A stretch of 64,000 bases of DNA from Schizosaccharomyces osmophilus (lineage: Eukaryota). Every line of letters starts with the position of its first letter. Position 1 is the first letter of the stretch. This document shows, piece after piece, positions 25,179 to 38,384 of this stretch. The notes under the pieces were generated by a model, which worked only from the letters and a program-made list of their open reading frames with translations, was not told the origin of the DNA and did no database searches. The position numbers and the translations under genes are program-made. The DNA lies in assembly GCF_027921745.1 (NCBI RefSeq), contig NC_079238.1, positions 2,542,001 to 2,606,000 of the forward strand. The letters are read 5' to 3'.

Positions 25179-26967
25179 ATGCATCAGCAGCTTAAAACTG
25201 TTCGAAAACACCTTCCTTTAGTAAAACAGAATGCCAATCGTGTATGTGTTATGATGAAGTTCATATCTCTAACTTTAGTAGTCGTTTTGGGTTCATTCCG
25301 TCCAAAATACTTTAGAAACACCAAATGTGAAACCTGAGCCCAAAAAGCCATCTTCTCCAATTCCCCCAACAAATGGAAAAGAACATGTTCGTCCCGACGG
25401 TAACGCCAAGGGCAGCAAGAAGCTTCGGAATAGTTTTCGCTTATTAGTTTTCTTAGGCCTTACTGGTTATGCCGGAGGAGTGTGGTATAGCTTTGAGGAT
25501 CCTAAGTTTTATGATGCATTTGCAAAATATGCGCCATTCGGTGATCGTCTCCTTCCTGCAATTGAGCACTCATGGGTCGGCTACAAATTTTTTGGGGGTA
25601 ATAAAATTGTAATACACGACAAGCCTAAAATGATGCAACCAAATGCTTCTGAAGGAGTTTCGAGCGATATTGTTGGACAAGCAAAGCGTAAAGAACTGGC
25701 AATACCTTCTGAATTAAAACACAGCGAGTCATCTGATCGAGAAAGTAATGATAAGCCTACCACCAAGCCCAATACCGAACCCAATACTTCGGCTGAAGTA
25801 AAAGAAAACGCCAAAACAGTGGCCGTTTCAGACCTGGGCCTTGATCAAGAGACTGGGCTTTCTGTTACTGCAGCTCCCGTAATCAACCAAACATTACAGC
25901 GAGCTCATGAAGAGGAAATAAAGGATCAAACACGCAAAGTCGAAGCATCCTTAAATGAGGCTAATCAACTCCGTGTTCAACTTTCGCATTTACAGGATGA
26001 ACAAAAAGACGTTTATGAAAAGCGCTTGAACTCAAAGATGGAGGAATGGAACTCAAAGATTGGTGAACTCTTGGCAGAGCGTGATCAACAATGGCGTGAA
26101 TTATTTGAACAAGAGAAACAGTTACAACAAAACATTCATGATTCGAGACTACATGAAGAGCTTGTTCGCGCGACCGCCGTCTATGAAGCAAAATTAAAGA
26201 ACGAGTTAACAGAACAAGCCATTGAAATGGAACGCATGCACCTCCAAGCTGTCAAGGCTCAAGTAGAACAAGAACGTGGTTCAAGACTTGGAAAGTTAGG
26301 TGAGCTCCGAAGCTCTTTTGAGGAGCTTCAAAAGCTTGCTCGTGGCGTCATTTTTGACAACGGCCGTATGACTAAATTCATAGATGTACAAAAGGCCCTT
26401 GAAAAGGTAGAGAAGGATGTCAATCTCCGTAATAGTCAATCCCTTGAAAAAGATCTCCAAGATTTGAAGGATGCTACCCAAGAAGACCAGCTGTCTGGCT
26501 TAGCTTTTAATGTTATTGACTCTACCTTACAATCTGGCCCCGTGCTTTCCAAGAAGGAATTACAGATGAAGTTTGATGTTTTATCAAAAGAAATTTATAA
26601 GACCTGCTTCCTTACTGTGGACAGCGGATTTTTAGGTCACATGAAAAGTTTGCTTTTGAGTCAATTACCTGCCAATCTATTTAAATCTCCAGAAATCCAG
26701 TCGGTCCAGAATGTACTTAGTGAAGCCAGATCCAACTTAATGGCTGATGATTATGATGGCGTTGTCAAGAATCTTTTGACTCTATCTCAGTGGTCAAGAG
26801 CTTTATCCAAGGATTGGATTGAGTCTTGCAGGCGCAAATTGGAGCTACAACAAGCTATTAATGTAAGTTATTTCTTAGCAAACGAATTTACTAACTTGGT
26901 TTTTTTTTAGATCATTAAAGGTTCCGCTTTGTACGCTTCTCAAATGCAAGAAGAAGGTAAAGAGTGA
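25179..26967 (+). CDS. mic60: MICOS subunit Mic60/mitofilin, with short first and last exons
   Basis: Basic presequence-like N-terminus, TM GYAGGVWYS, long coiled coil, VEQERGSRLGKL, mitofilin C-terminus DWIESCRRKLELQQA. Confidence 0.9.
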
Positions 26968-27560
26968 TTGATCTATAATCCGATAATTAACTAGTGTACA
27001 AAGTTGCCAAACTTGAGTGCATAATTTTTGACTTTAAGCATAAAATGCAATAATGAATACGAGGCTTTATCTTGAGAGCGATTCCGTAAGATAGCTTCCT
27101 GAGATATTTTACCTACCCTTAAGGTTGTCAATAATTCAATTAAAACGTTACTCATGATACAGGCTTATGATAAAGATTGTAATAAGATTGATTTTCATGC
27201 AACTTTTGCATACAAAGACCGAAGGTTTACACACTTGTCTAAATCTTTCTATATGTTTCACTCAAATTTGACTTAATTATATCGCCATGGATTTATTCAA
27301 TTGTTGAGCTTTAAAGATCCAAAAGTTATTAGTGTATCACTTTAAAATAAGTATTTTGACTACCATATGTATAGCATTCCAAATCATGTAAAAGCTTTAA
27401 ATAATTATGTATACAGTATTTACTTTTATACAGAACTAACTATTAAACTTTAGTTTGGTTAATTGCCTTCTTTATGGTATGGAGCACAGTCAACCACTAA
27501 ACTCGTTTAAGCAATTCCTGGTCTCTATTTTCGTACATAATCGGTTATATCCGAAGCGTT

Positions 27561-29403
27561 ATGGAATTACAAAACCTTTTGGAACTAGTGAAAGAGAAAA
27601 CAACCATTGTTTACTTACACGATTCAGTATCACCAGCCCGACATGGTTTAAAGAAACGTTTGCAGGACGAGGATTCAAATCATCAAGATATACCCTTGGT
27701 TTTCATTGCTCAGCTCAAAGAATTAAGTCGAAGACTTGAAAATGCGAGACAAATAGCCGACGTTTTGGTAAATAACTTCAAGCATATACGGGCAATTTTG
27801 GAATTGGTGTGGAATCAGCCAGAGGTTTAGCTGGTCAATTATTTCTCTTAATAAAAGACTAGTCTCTTTGTTTTCAGAAAAAAGACAACCGGCTCCATCC
27901 TTCTTGCTCATGCTCATAAATTCTTTTTTATCTTGCTAACTATTTAGGACTGGAATTCCTATTTTTACTATGCTAGTAAATGTCAGGATGAAAAAAAAAA
28001 TATTGAGATGATTAAATTACTAGCCAACTGTTTAATGCAGGTACCTGTGATATCAAAGCACTTGGCACATTCTGAATGTTTGAAGAACTTTACCCGACAA
28101 GTATTTGAAGTATGCTTTTCTAGTCAACTTTGATTGAATCATCATAGTTCATTATCTAACTTATATGTTTACAGGGAGACAACTTAGAATCCCAAAACGT
28201 ATACTTGCGATTTTTGTTCATTTTTTTGGCATACCAGGGAGCAGATACGTGCATAAACTTGAGCGAATTAACATTTTCTTTGGTAAAAGTAAGTCATCGT
28301 TAAATGGTCACCAAGAAAATATATCTAATACCGAGCAGAGACTGGAAGCAATATGGAAAATAATTTCGGAGTCTGTTTGTGATAGTGAAAACTTTTCACT
28401 TTACTCAGAAATTTTAAGGATTTTATTTCCACTCTTTAGAATGGGATTCATTGAGGAATCAACGAGACTAACGTATGTCCTTAGTAAATTTGGAAAATAT
28501 TCTAACTTTCTTTTCAGAGCATTACCTATCATTATAAAAACTTGGTCAAAGTATTCACAGGAAGAAGATTCTACGATACGTTGGCATGCTATCAATGCAA
28601 TTTTGGAATGTGATCTCAAAAACATCACTTCCAGTCAGGCTTGCGAAATTGTAGATTTAGCAACCAAGACTTTACAATCTGCGGTTAAATTGGAGACAGT
28701 AGAGGAATTGGAAGGATACTATCATCAATTCGAGAGCGATCTTCCTTTAAATAAATCAACCTCGCTGGAAAAAGATCTCGTGCCTATACTTGTTATTTTG
28801 TATTCTATCATATCTATTGAGAGAGTGCGAGAAAAGTTAGAAATAATTTTACTACCAAAAGAACATGACAGAGAAACAAGCTTAAAAAAAGGAAAAAGTT
28901 TAGCATGCTTATTTTTACGGCTTAGCATGATACCGCTTATGGAAAGTGTTTCTATATGGCATGGAACCATTTTATTTACCCTTTGCAACTGCAATCCTGA
29001 CTTGCTCACAAATCAAGTTGGGTATGGTTATGCCTCTGGCATACTAAATAAAGTCAAGCATTCCGATCCATCAGATATTATTCCACCAGGATCTACTGGA
29101 ACTCATTCAGGAACAGAGAAATCCCAACCGATTGACCCAATAACAGGGGAATATAAGCAGCAGCCGAAGCAACAAGGCTCCTCATCTGCAATGACAATGG
29201 AAGAAAAAGAGCGAGAAGCAGAGCGGCTATTCGTCTTGTTTCAGAGGTAAGGAAATCTCTATTAACAAAATAGAATGACTGATTTATTAATCTAACACTT
29301 ATAAAGACTAGAAAAAAATGGTGCTATGCAAGTGACAAATCCAATTCGCCAAGCTATTGACAGTGGATACTATCATGACATTGATGATACCTACTCTGAT
29401 TGA
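27561..29403 (+). CDS. ric8: Ric8/synembryn G-alpha GEF-chaperone, about 4 introns
   Basis: Motifs VGYGYASGIL, IDPITG, MTMEEKEREAERLFVLFQR|LEKNG; exons joined by hand through canonical donors and branch sites. Confidence 0.88.
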
Positions 29404-30524
29404 TGCACTTTCAGGAAACAAGAGGATTATGATACTCTTCCTAACTTTTATATAACCAATTTTTTACAAGTCAAGCAAACTGGTTTTTTCTTTTAAAGCT
29501 CATCCCAACTTCAAACTATGGTCTACTTACTTAACTGAACGACACCCCCACTTATACCTAATCCCATTGTGCTTTCATATAGGACGTGAATAACTCAACC
29601 TGTCGACCCCCACGTGGTACTTCCATCGAGTGGTCGTATTACTTATAAGGAATCTGATGTTGGGATACAAAGTTGAATGTATTGTAGCCATTCATACAGG
29701 AATTTTGTACAGATATCTATTCTATTCTATTTTTGTTATTTCTTTTTTATAAAAAAAGAACCAAATATTACAGTTGCTTTAAGATATAAGCAAATTCTTA
29801 ATATGTCTGTAAACGAAAATACTTGCAAGGATCGGTTGAAATTATTTATATGTGTTTCGCGAGCAAAATCGAAGAAGATTACAAAAATGACATTTCAGTA
29901 ACGAAATACCTCAATGCTTTAGAACGTTACTTGTTTCTATTCATACACCTTAGTGTTCGAACTCATTGTTATGAAAGAGAGCGTTCTATATGTGGTAAAG
30001 GTAAACTTTTAGCTGAAGCACCAGACATAACTAATCATCTTGTAGTTAGGAAATGTTTTTAGTTACCATTCTTTGTTTATGGAATTATATATACAATTAT
30101 CTACTTTTGAAGAATCTTTGTTCGTTTTTTTTTTAAATGGACATGAATATTCTCAGCGATACCCCCACATAACTATTTTAGGAAGCACTAAGTATTTGCA
30201 CTGCATCCCTTATCCACTCTCTCTTATTGTTTCTCTGGTCATTTAACAATAACATTCTTGGGATTGGAAACAAGAATGGTTTTGCTGGGTGCTTAAAAGG
30301 CCTGAATTTTACGACATGATTAAGGATTGTGTAAATGTAAGTATCGAGATTTACGTCGTTTGAATACTCGTCTTTAATTTCCCAATTCAGTTTACAAGTC
30401 CCTATTTCATCTATTAAAAAGAATTTTTGCAGCATTTATATAACATTCATATTACTACACCTTCCCTTATTGCTGCTCTCCCCTAGCGAATGAACCGAGG
30501 TTGACCATCATTTGTAGCGACCAA

Positions 30525-33500
30525 ATGCAGGTTTCAGACCCTTTGTTAAAGTTAAAAAATGGAAACCTGTCCCGTGAGTTTTGGATGAGAGATGAGCGGA
30601 CTACAAAGTGCTCTTTGTGTGAGGCAGAGTTTAGTTTCTTTCGTCGAAAGCACCATTGCCGTATCTGTGGAAAGATTTTTTGCTCAAATTGCCTCACCAA
30701 GGTCTCAGGAGAAATATACGATTTCTCTAAAGAAATCAAAGTTTGCTTGCCATGCGCTTCCGTTTCAAAAACAAATCTTTCTTCTTTATATAGACATGAA
30801 GAGAGAACAACCCCTAACATTGGCGTGAACTTTCCATTACTTTTAGAAGAAAATTCAAATGACCATGTTCTTTCTTCTTTTGCGGAGTACAGTAATCCTT
30901 ATGAAATGCCCGTTGATGTACGACCTCCTGATATAACCCCTATGATTGCTATTCCATCGAGCCGGTCAAGCTATAAATCACCAGGATGGGGCCACCGCTC
31001 TATCTTTGTTGAGTGGAAAAAACAAAACTTGAGTCCACAGCAAATCAGCAAATCTACATCTCAATATTCTCCTCTCAATCCTGGTGTTTCACGCGATATC
31101 GGTTCTTCCGTTGTATCCATGGAGCGGTTACCTTCAAACCCTGGTCATATGAGCCCTTTGCTTAACAAAACAAAAAAAATAAAGAACTCGCCTACAGTGA
31201 GGTTCTCCACTCCTTTTATGAATGGTGAACGATCTTCTTTGAAACTTCCTTCGAATGGTAACCGACCTCCTGGGATACAGGTTCCAAATTTTTCTTCAGG
31301 TTTAAAAAACGAGTGCTTCGATACAGGCCATGAAGAAGAATTATATGTTCATACTCCGCAAACCGATACCGATATTAATTCTCCACAATTGGAACTTAAT
31401 TCTGATTTTGAAGACTCTGATGATGAATCCTTATTTAATAATTCAACGATTTTGCCGTTTCATACTAACTATAATTCCTCTACTAGGCTACAATATCCTC
31501 TAGCTGATCCCACTAATGTAAACACTTATACACCTGCAAATAATCTTGGCTATCACGCAAATCCTCTAGTTTCTTTTCTGAAATTTATTCTTCCATCATC
31601 CCTATTGCAGCCCGTCCCTCCTTCGCCTACCCAGCATGCTGCTCAGTTGCTTAGCTCTCAGACAGATAATGCTGTTTCATCAGGAGAAGTATCTCCCCGT
31701 TTTCGAGCTCGTTCAAGAAGCTCTTCGCATTCGCCTTCCGTTCCCGCCCCTTGGATATTTTTTTCGGATTCTTTCAATGATCTGGTGGTGGAATTTTTAA
31801 AAAGGTTACTTCTGCAAATGTTATTAGATGCTAACGTCGATACCCCCTTGAAATGGGTATATTGTTTACCACAGATTTTATTAAAGACTTCACTGAATAT
31901 GAGTCCAGATATTTCTGCTGGTGATGATATCGATGTACGGAGTTATGTGAAAATTAAAAAGATTCCTGGTGGACAACCAAATCAGACCTTTTATATTCCT
32001 GGAATTTTGTTCACAAAAAAAGCTTCATCAAAGTCAATGGATCGGACTGTGCAAAAACCTCGTATTGCTCTTTTGTCTTTTAGTTTAGACTATGATTGTA
32101 ATGAACAAAGAATCCTTTCTTTAGATTCTTTGATGAGTCAGCAAGAGGAATATGTTTACAACCTAGTAAGTAGGATATGTACGTTGAAGCCAACGCTTGT
32201 TTTTATCAAGGATGATATTCCGACGATTGCCCTAAAGTATTTTGAAGAACAAGGCGTTGTTGCGATTTGTGGAATAAAAGAAACGGTTATGTACGATATA
32301 GCTAGGTGCTGCCATGCAGATATCATATCGTCCATCGACAAGCTTTCTCTTCGTCCTCGTTTAGGGACTTGCGGACAATTTCAACTCTGTAGCTATGTCA
32401 TCGATGAAAATTTGGGAATAAGGAAGACTTTTGCTATCCTGGATCATTGCTCAGAGCGTTTGGGATGTACCGTAGTTTTGAGAGGGGCCTCTTATGAAGA
32501 ATTGACAAAAGTAAAACGAATTGTCGAAATTTCAATGCTCGCTACATACCACCTTAAATTGGAATCATGTATGCTAAGGGACAAGTTTGTGAACACAACT
32601 GAGCTTTTCACTTCTGCTTACAATATGATGACTCCGTTAGAGGAATTCATGGATAAATTAGGAGCATGCAATTCTGAGCCTTCTCACGGCAAGTTGTTAG
32701 AAAACCGAGGAGTAACAAAATATTCTCTTCATAACTGTCTAGACTCTGATACGACAATTGCTAGTACCGATCTCTCTTTCAGTCATGATATCGATGCTCA
32801 CTCGGATATTGAGATGAACTTTCCTGCAGTTGATGATTATGCTTGCATTAAAAGCGCTTTATTGGAACGAATTACGACATTTTCTCCTTTTATAAAGAGA
32901 CCGCTACCTCGGCTATTGGGCCGAGTTTACCATCTTCAGACGCTTGAAAATATATATTTAACCAAACTTAATTCCAATTATCCTAGTTCTTATCTACTGA
33001 ACTTTATGAACCAATTTCTGGGTTCACTTCAACGCGGTGATGACTATCAATTAGCATACAACCTCTTATGTACACACGAAAGATTCACCTTCCTTCAAAA
33101 ACAATGGGAACTCTACTATTCTCGCTCTCGACAGCTGTTTTCCCCGCTCTCCAACCAAAGAATGGTGGTATTATATTCTATCATTAATAAGGAAACATCA
33201 GTCCCCTGTATTGGTCCCGAGAGGTGTTTGCTCGAATTCTATCGTGAATCAGATTGTACTTTGGGACAGTTTATTGAAAGTACGTGTTTAAACACGAATG
33301 TTAGTTGTGGTGGGGAATACTGTCCAACGAAAGACATGATTTCTCATTATAAGAGCTATGTACACGGAAATGGAAGGATAAGTGTGGTTCTAGAAGATTT
33401 TACTTGCCCGATATCTGGACTAGAAGAAAAGATTGTCTTATGGAATTATTGTAGATCTTGTCAGAGAAATACTCCAGTAACGGTTATGTCTGATGAAACA

Positions 33501-36206
33501 TGGAGATATTCATTTGGAAAATATCTTGAATTTATGTTTTATAATGACAGTATTAAAGACAGATTTGACTTTTGCAGCCATAGTATCATGCATGACCATG
33601 TGCATTATTTTGGCTATGTTAATATGGCTGTGCGATTTCAAAGAGACCCGATTGAAATTTTCGAGCTCTTTGTTCCTCAAGTCATGCTATACTATAATCC
33701 TATTTACGTTAAAAATCAAAAAGACTGCGAATACCTTCGTTTGAAAAAACTTATTGAACGGTGTTTATCTTCGGTGACAACCAGAATTAATCAGTTGCGT
33801 ACCGATTGGGTTACAGATCCTGTTAAATTACAATCTTGTGAAGACGAAATAGCAAACTACCGTTCATTGTTAACAAGAGATAACGATGAATTATATTCAG
33901 AATTGACTTCAATATATGAGAACACCACAGTCGTTGATTTTCTTTCTATGAATTCCGTTTTAAGAATTTTGCAAGGAAGAATGATCAAATGGGAGCAAAG
34001 GTTTACTGACTACCAACGGCTTTATTTACCTTCATATAAAGAGATAAGTCGATTAGCAGCTACTCAGATTAAAAAGGTTTTTTTAGCTCGTTCAATATTG
34101 CAACATCCATCTGATCCTTTGGAGAGCTTGGATACTGCAAGAGACGGAATTGCTCTACAAGTGGATAACCCATCAATTGATGACGAATCGAAAGGAGAAA
34201 AGAAAGGATTTTCCCACACCAGAAGTGAATCGGCTCTTTCGATTGACGTATTCAAAGATAATGAATCTTTGGGATCCTCGATGCGTTCGGTTTTTCCTGC
34301 TATGGAGACGGGTACTGAAAGGAAATGCGGCAGTATTTCTTCAAAATCACCAAGCAAACCAGAAAATGTGGAAAGTCAGAGTATACCGGTATCACCGAAC
34401 GCCTTAAGAAATAGAACCAGTTACAGAAGCCCTAGTGAACGATCACTCTCTGAGTTGTTTGATAAAAAACGGCAGAATAGTATTCTTTCCTCGCCAACAT
34501 CGAAGGATCATCTTTCAGATGGTCTTAGAAACCCAGTTTCGTCTGCAATATCAGCTAGGATATCAAGCATGCAAAAATCAGCCAAGCCTGTTACTAGGAA
34601 GGTCGCTCCAACAAAAGATGCTCGTGTTAGCTCTTTAGTTAGGCAATTTGAGGAATTAAGTCATCAACTTCAAGAAAAAAGACGTCGAGATGATGAATTG
34701 GTTAGGGAGCGTCATAAGAGGACAATGCCTGTCGCACCTTCCAAGCCTGTCGTTGAAGTGTTTAGCGATTTATCGAATGCTTTTGAAGACGAAGAGACAT
34801 TTGATAACGAAGTCGATGATTTGGAGCAGAAAGAAATAAATGATATCAGAAATGTCTCAAACAATGAAGCTAACACTGGGAAGGAAGATGCTGACGCATC
34901 CTATGATACTTTTGAGGATATTTTCGGAGTTTTATTTAAGAATGAGCCTGATTTAGGGGAGCGGCAAACTCCTGAAAGTTTTGAAAATCGACAAAACGTG
35001 TGTAAAGAGGATTTAAGGTCGGAATTTACCGGCCCTTACAACGATAAAACCTCTTTGTACAAAATCCTTTCGACATTTTGGTCGGAATGGAATTCTTTGA
35101 ATCCTTTGCCTTTTGAATTCCCAGTACAAGCATTTGAGCATGTCTTTTCTGACTCGAATGTGGTAATAAGGGAGGATGAACCTAGCTCTTTAATCAGTTT
35201 TACACTTAATTCTCCTGATTATATAAAAAAAATGGCCGAAATTGAAGAAAATATGGATAGTTTTATGTTAGAAAGTGCAAATCAACCGACTTTAGAGGAC
35301 AAAATTGAAAATCTGATGCTAAAACCCACAGGCACTCACCTTAAATACCAATTTGAGGAAGGTTCCGCATATTTGTCTTGTAAAATGTTCTTTGCTGAAC
35401 AGTTTAGTGCTTTGAGACGTGCATGTGATGTCGCAGATAGCTTCGTTTCATCTCTTTCCAGATGTTCCGTTTGGGAATCCAGCGGAGGGAAATCAGGATC
35501 TGCGTTTCTTAAGACATTTGACGAAAGATATGTTATGAAGGTAGTTTCGAGGTTGGAAAGCGATTCACTTTTGAGCTTTGCTCCTGCTTACTTCGATTAT
35601 ATGTCGAAAGTGGTTTTCCATGAATTGCCTACAACGCTTACCAAGATTTTCGGATTTTATCATGTTGATATTCGAAATCCTACCACGGGAAAAGTATGCA
35701 AACTTGATATAATGGTAATGGAGAATTTATTTTATGACAGAAAACCATCAAGAATATTTGATCTAAAAGGATCTATGCGAAACCGACATGTACAGTCAAC
35801 AGGAAAAGACAATGAAGTTTTACTAGATGAAAATTTGGTAGAACTTATTTATGAGTCTCCTATTTTTGTAAGTGAACAGCTGAAAAGTATGTTACAATCC
35901 TCGTTATGGAACGACACTTTGTTCTTATCTAAATTGAATATAATGGATTATTCATTAGTGGTTGGCATTGATTACGAAAAACGCGAGCTATACGTTGGCA
36001 TAATTGACTTTATCCGAACTTACACCTGGGATAAAAAACTAGAAAGCTGGGTGAAGGAGAAAGGACTGGTTGGAAGAGGTCCTGAGCCTACAATTGTTAC
36101 ACCAAAACAGTATAAGATTAGGTTTAGAAAGGCTATGGATTGTTATATTCTAGCATCTCAAGATTTTGAAGTTGATGGCAAAAATGAAGAAGAAGACGAG
36201 GTCTAA
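30525..36206 (+). CDS. fab1: PI(3)P 5-kinase Fab1/PIKfyve; first in-frame ATG 30525, exact 5' end uncertain
   Basis: FYVE (RRKHHCRICG), CCT-like domain (VKIKKIPGG), PIP kinase domain (GGKSGS, DLKGS, MDYSL, GIIDFIRTY). Confidence 0.97.
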   Translation: MQVSDPLLKLKNGNLSREFWMRDERTTKCSLCEAEFSFFRRKHHCRICGKIFCSNCLTKVSGEIYDFSKEIKVCLPCASVSKTNLSSLYRHEERTTPNIGVNFPLLLEENSNDHVLSSFAEYSNPYEMPVDVRPPDITPMIAIPSSRSSYKSPGWGHRSIFVEWKKQNLSPQQISKSTSQYSPLNPGVSRDIGSSVVSMERLPSNPGHMSPLLNKTKKIKNSPTVRFSTPFMNGERSSLKLPSNGNRPPGIQVPNFSSGLKNECFDTGHEEELYVHTPQTDTDINSPQLELNSDFEDSDDESLFNNSTILPFHTNYNSSTRLQYPLADPTNVNTYTPANNLGYHANPLVSFLKFILPSSLLQPVPPSPTQHAAQLLSSQTDNAVSSGEVSPRFRARSRSSSHSPSVPAPWIFFSDSFNDLVVEFLKRLLLQMLLDANVDTPLKWVYCLPQILLKTSLNMSPDISAGDDIDVRSYVKIKKIPGGQPNQTFYIPGILFTKKASSKSMDRTVQKPRIALLSFSLDYDCNEQRILSLDSLMSQQEEYVYNLVSRICTLKPTLVFIKDDIPTIALKYFEEQGVVAICGIKETVMYDIARCCHADIISSIDKLSLRPRLGTCGQFQLCSYVIDENLGIRKTFAILDHCSERLGCTVVLRGASYEELTKVKRIVEISMLATYHLKLESCMLRDKFVNTTELFTSAYNMMTPLEEFMDKLGACNSEPSHGKLLENRGVTKYSLHNCLDSDTTIASTDLSFSHDIDAHSDIEMNFPAVDDYACIKSALLERITTFSPFIKRPLPRLLGRVYHLQTLENIYLTKLNSNYPSSYLLNFMNQFLGSLQRGDDYQLAYNLLCTHERFTFLQKQWELYYSRSRQLFSPLSNQRMVVLYSIINKETSVPCIGPERCLLEFYRESDCTLGQFIESTCLNTNVSCGGEYCPTKDMISHYKSYVHGNGRISVVLEDFTCPISGLEEKIVLWNYCRSCQRNTPVTVMSDETWRYSFGKYLEFMFYNDSIKDRFDFCSHSIMHDHVHYFGYVNMAVRFQRDPIEIFELFVPQVMLYYNPIYVKNQKDCEYLRLKKLIERCLSSVTTRINQLRTDWVTDPVKLQSCEDEIANYRSLLTRDNDELYSELTSIYENTTVVDFLSMNSVLRILQGRMIKWEQRFTDYQRLYLPSYKEISRLAATQIKKVFLARSILQHPSDPLESLDTARDGIALQVDNPSIDDESKGEKKGFSHTRSESALSIDVFKDNESLGSSMRSVFPAMETGTERKCGSISSKSPSKPENVESQSIPVSPNALRNRTSYRSPSERSLSELFDKKRQNSILSSPTSKDHLSDGLRNPVSSAISARISSMQKSAKPVTRKVAPTKDARVSSLVRQFEELSHQLQEKRRRDDELVRERHKRTMPVAPSKPVVEVFSDLSNAFEDEETFDNEVDDLEQKEINDIRNVSNNEANTGKEDADASYDTFEDIFGVLFKNEPDLGERQTPESFENRQNVCKEDLRSEFTGPYNDKTSLYKILSTFWSEWNSLNPLPFEFPVQAFEHVFSDSNVVIREDEPSSLISFTLNSPDYIKKMAEIEENMDSFMLESANQPTLEDKIENLMLKPTGTHLKYQFEEGSAYLSCKMFFAEQFSALRRACDVADSFVSSLSRCSVWESSGGKSGSAFLKTFDERYVMKVVSRLESDSLLSFAPAYFDYMSKVVFHELPTTLTKIFGFYHVDIRNPTTGKVCKLDIMVMENLFYDRKPSRIFDLKGSMRNRHVQSTGKDNEVLLDENLVELIYESPIFVSEQLKSMLQSSLWNDTLFLSKLNIMDYSLVVGIDYEKRELYVGIIDFIRTYTWDKKLESWVKEKGLVGRGPEPTIVTPKQYKIRFRKAMDCYILASQDFEVDGKNEEEDEV

Positions 36207-36288
36207 AATTTCATATATTTATTTATTCTGATGTCCTAAAAACCATAATAATAATATAAATACTTATTTTATTAAATTCATTATAAAT

Positions 36289-38129
36289 TTAATCCCAATA
36301 TTTAATTACGCCGTCCAAAATAGATGAGGTCGCTACCTTGCTAGTTTCTTGAGGATGGAAAGCCATACTTTGTAGAGGACCGTTATGAGCTGGAAGCTTA
36401 GATAACAACTTACATGTTTTCCAATCTATAGAATTTGTTAGCATGCATGAATGAAACTTTGAAATATCATACCCCAAAAGCAAGCATTTCCAGAGGAATC
36501 ACCACTGTACACAAAACGGCCTGAAAAAAGTTAACAAAAAGTGAATAAAAACTTATACGTACCATCCGGAGAAAATCCAACTTCTAAACTGTAACCAGAA
36601 CAATTGAAACCCCGAAACGATTTCTTTTTGTTCTGTCGATACTTTTCGACAGCAGAATAGACGTAGATGCAATTATCCAAAGATTGACATGCCAATGCTT
36701 TCCCATTGGGGCGAAGAGCGACCCTGGGCATAGAATGCATTCCTATATCTGCCACGTATTTGATTGGTATTGGGGTTCCATATTCCCAGAAGCGCATGGA
36801 GGAATCATCGGAAGTTGTAACGAATCTTTTACCATTTTCCAAATAAGTTATTGAATTTACGGCACCTAGGTGGTGCGAATACGATTGTACACTATCTGGG
36901 GCTCGAGTATCGAATTGTAATATTTTCTTGTCAGACATACCGGCTAAAAATTCGTATGGTCTTTCTGGGTCCACTTGAAAGCGAACGCAATGAGCTTGTT
37001 TACCAGTAGCAAAACGCTGCTGGCACTTACCAGTTTCGGTATCCCATAGCTTGATAGTTTTATCAAAGGAAGCACTCAAGAAAGAACTACCGCTTTGATT
37101 AAATGAAAGGTCTCGAATAGGCTTTGAGTGGCCATGAAATGTTCTCAGTAGTGACCGATCATGATAAACATCCCAAATCTGATAATAGTGAAGTTAGTAT
37201 AGACTATGAAAACATTGCTTCTTACTTTGACTTCAGAATCTAGGGATCCTGAAAGTAATAAATGGCCACTTGTGGGGAGAAAGCGTAAGCAGGAAATTCC
37301 CTTTGTATGTCCCTTCCAGGTATGTATATGCTTTTTAGGGAGATAGCAAACCTGTTCGCCAGGAGTGCCAGTGAGACTCAAGCCAGCATCTGTTGGAACA
37401 TGAAGATAAGTTCGGTTTTGATAGTCATAAAGAGAATCTTTGTGAAAAGTTGAGTATTCCTTCACTTCAGGTTTTTCTTCATAAATTGGCGTAGCGGATA
37501 CTGTTGCATCTTCTTTGTCTGCTTTTTCTTGATCTTCATTCGTATATTCTACAATTTCTTCTACATCCTCGAGTTCTTCTGATGACGGTGATAACTGGCT
37601 TTTGTCATCATACTTGGCCCAAGGGCCTCTGTATGTATTCTCACCTTCAAGAATAGAAGGATCGCCAGCAGCCTTTCTTGACTTTTTTATCTCTTTTCTA
37701 AGCTCTCTAAGCGTGCTTGGGTCGGCCGGTTCACCTTCAGACTCCCCAAATTGTGTTTTTCGTTTCCCATAAGAGTTAAACTCTTGGTTGAAAACAGCAT
37801 TTGAAACATTCTCGCGCTCAACATAGCCTGTTATAGTATTTTTTTGGGATTCTTGATTTCTCGTCAGGTATGGGTTGGCCGGGCCATACAATGGCTTGTG
37901 CATCTTGTCAATTGGAACATTGTGAGACAGTTCTTTAAAATTGCTTTCCGAACGGCTTATAAGATCTCTGTTATTTGACTAAGTGGTTAGAATATATTAT
38001 ATGTCTTGAATGTCATACAGTTTCAATGACTGTTGGGGCTGCATTGATTGCAAAAGAAGAAACGGGCCCTGATGTATTTAGACTAGCATCTTGATCTTCT
38101 GAATCACTTGAATACTCTGGTATTAGCAT
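36289..38129 (-). CDS. prp17: WD40 splicing factor Prp17/Cdc40, about 4 introns
   Basis: INAAP, YRGPWA, YDYQNRTY, GHTKG, YRQNKKKSF and C-terminal IKYWD; canonical introns. Confidence 0.95.
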
Positions 38130-38384
38130 TGAAGTTTCTTTCAAAGTACCGAAAACCCTCTTCTTTGACTTTGTGCTTTACTTCGAAAGTCATAAATGCT
38201 ATAAAGGCCCTAAGCTGTTATTTTCTAAATACAGAGTTGTTTGACAATGTGGTATCGTATTTAGTGTAGTTTACCGAATTTGATCGTAAGGAGTACCCAT
38301 TCTTTGCTACAACAGCGGGTAGTAGAGTAGGTGTTACCTAGCTAGGAAGTGGTGGTACAGGAAGGACAAGTCTCTTTTGTGAAT

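Noticed and set aside
30501..36206. Apparent inversion of fab1 suggested by S. pombe systematic-name suffixes
   Set aside because: As I recall, fab1 has two cosmid names with conflicting suffixes, so orientation cannot be inferred from names.
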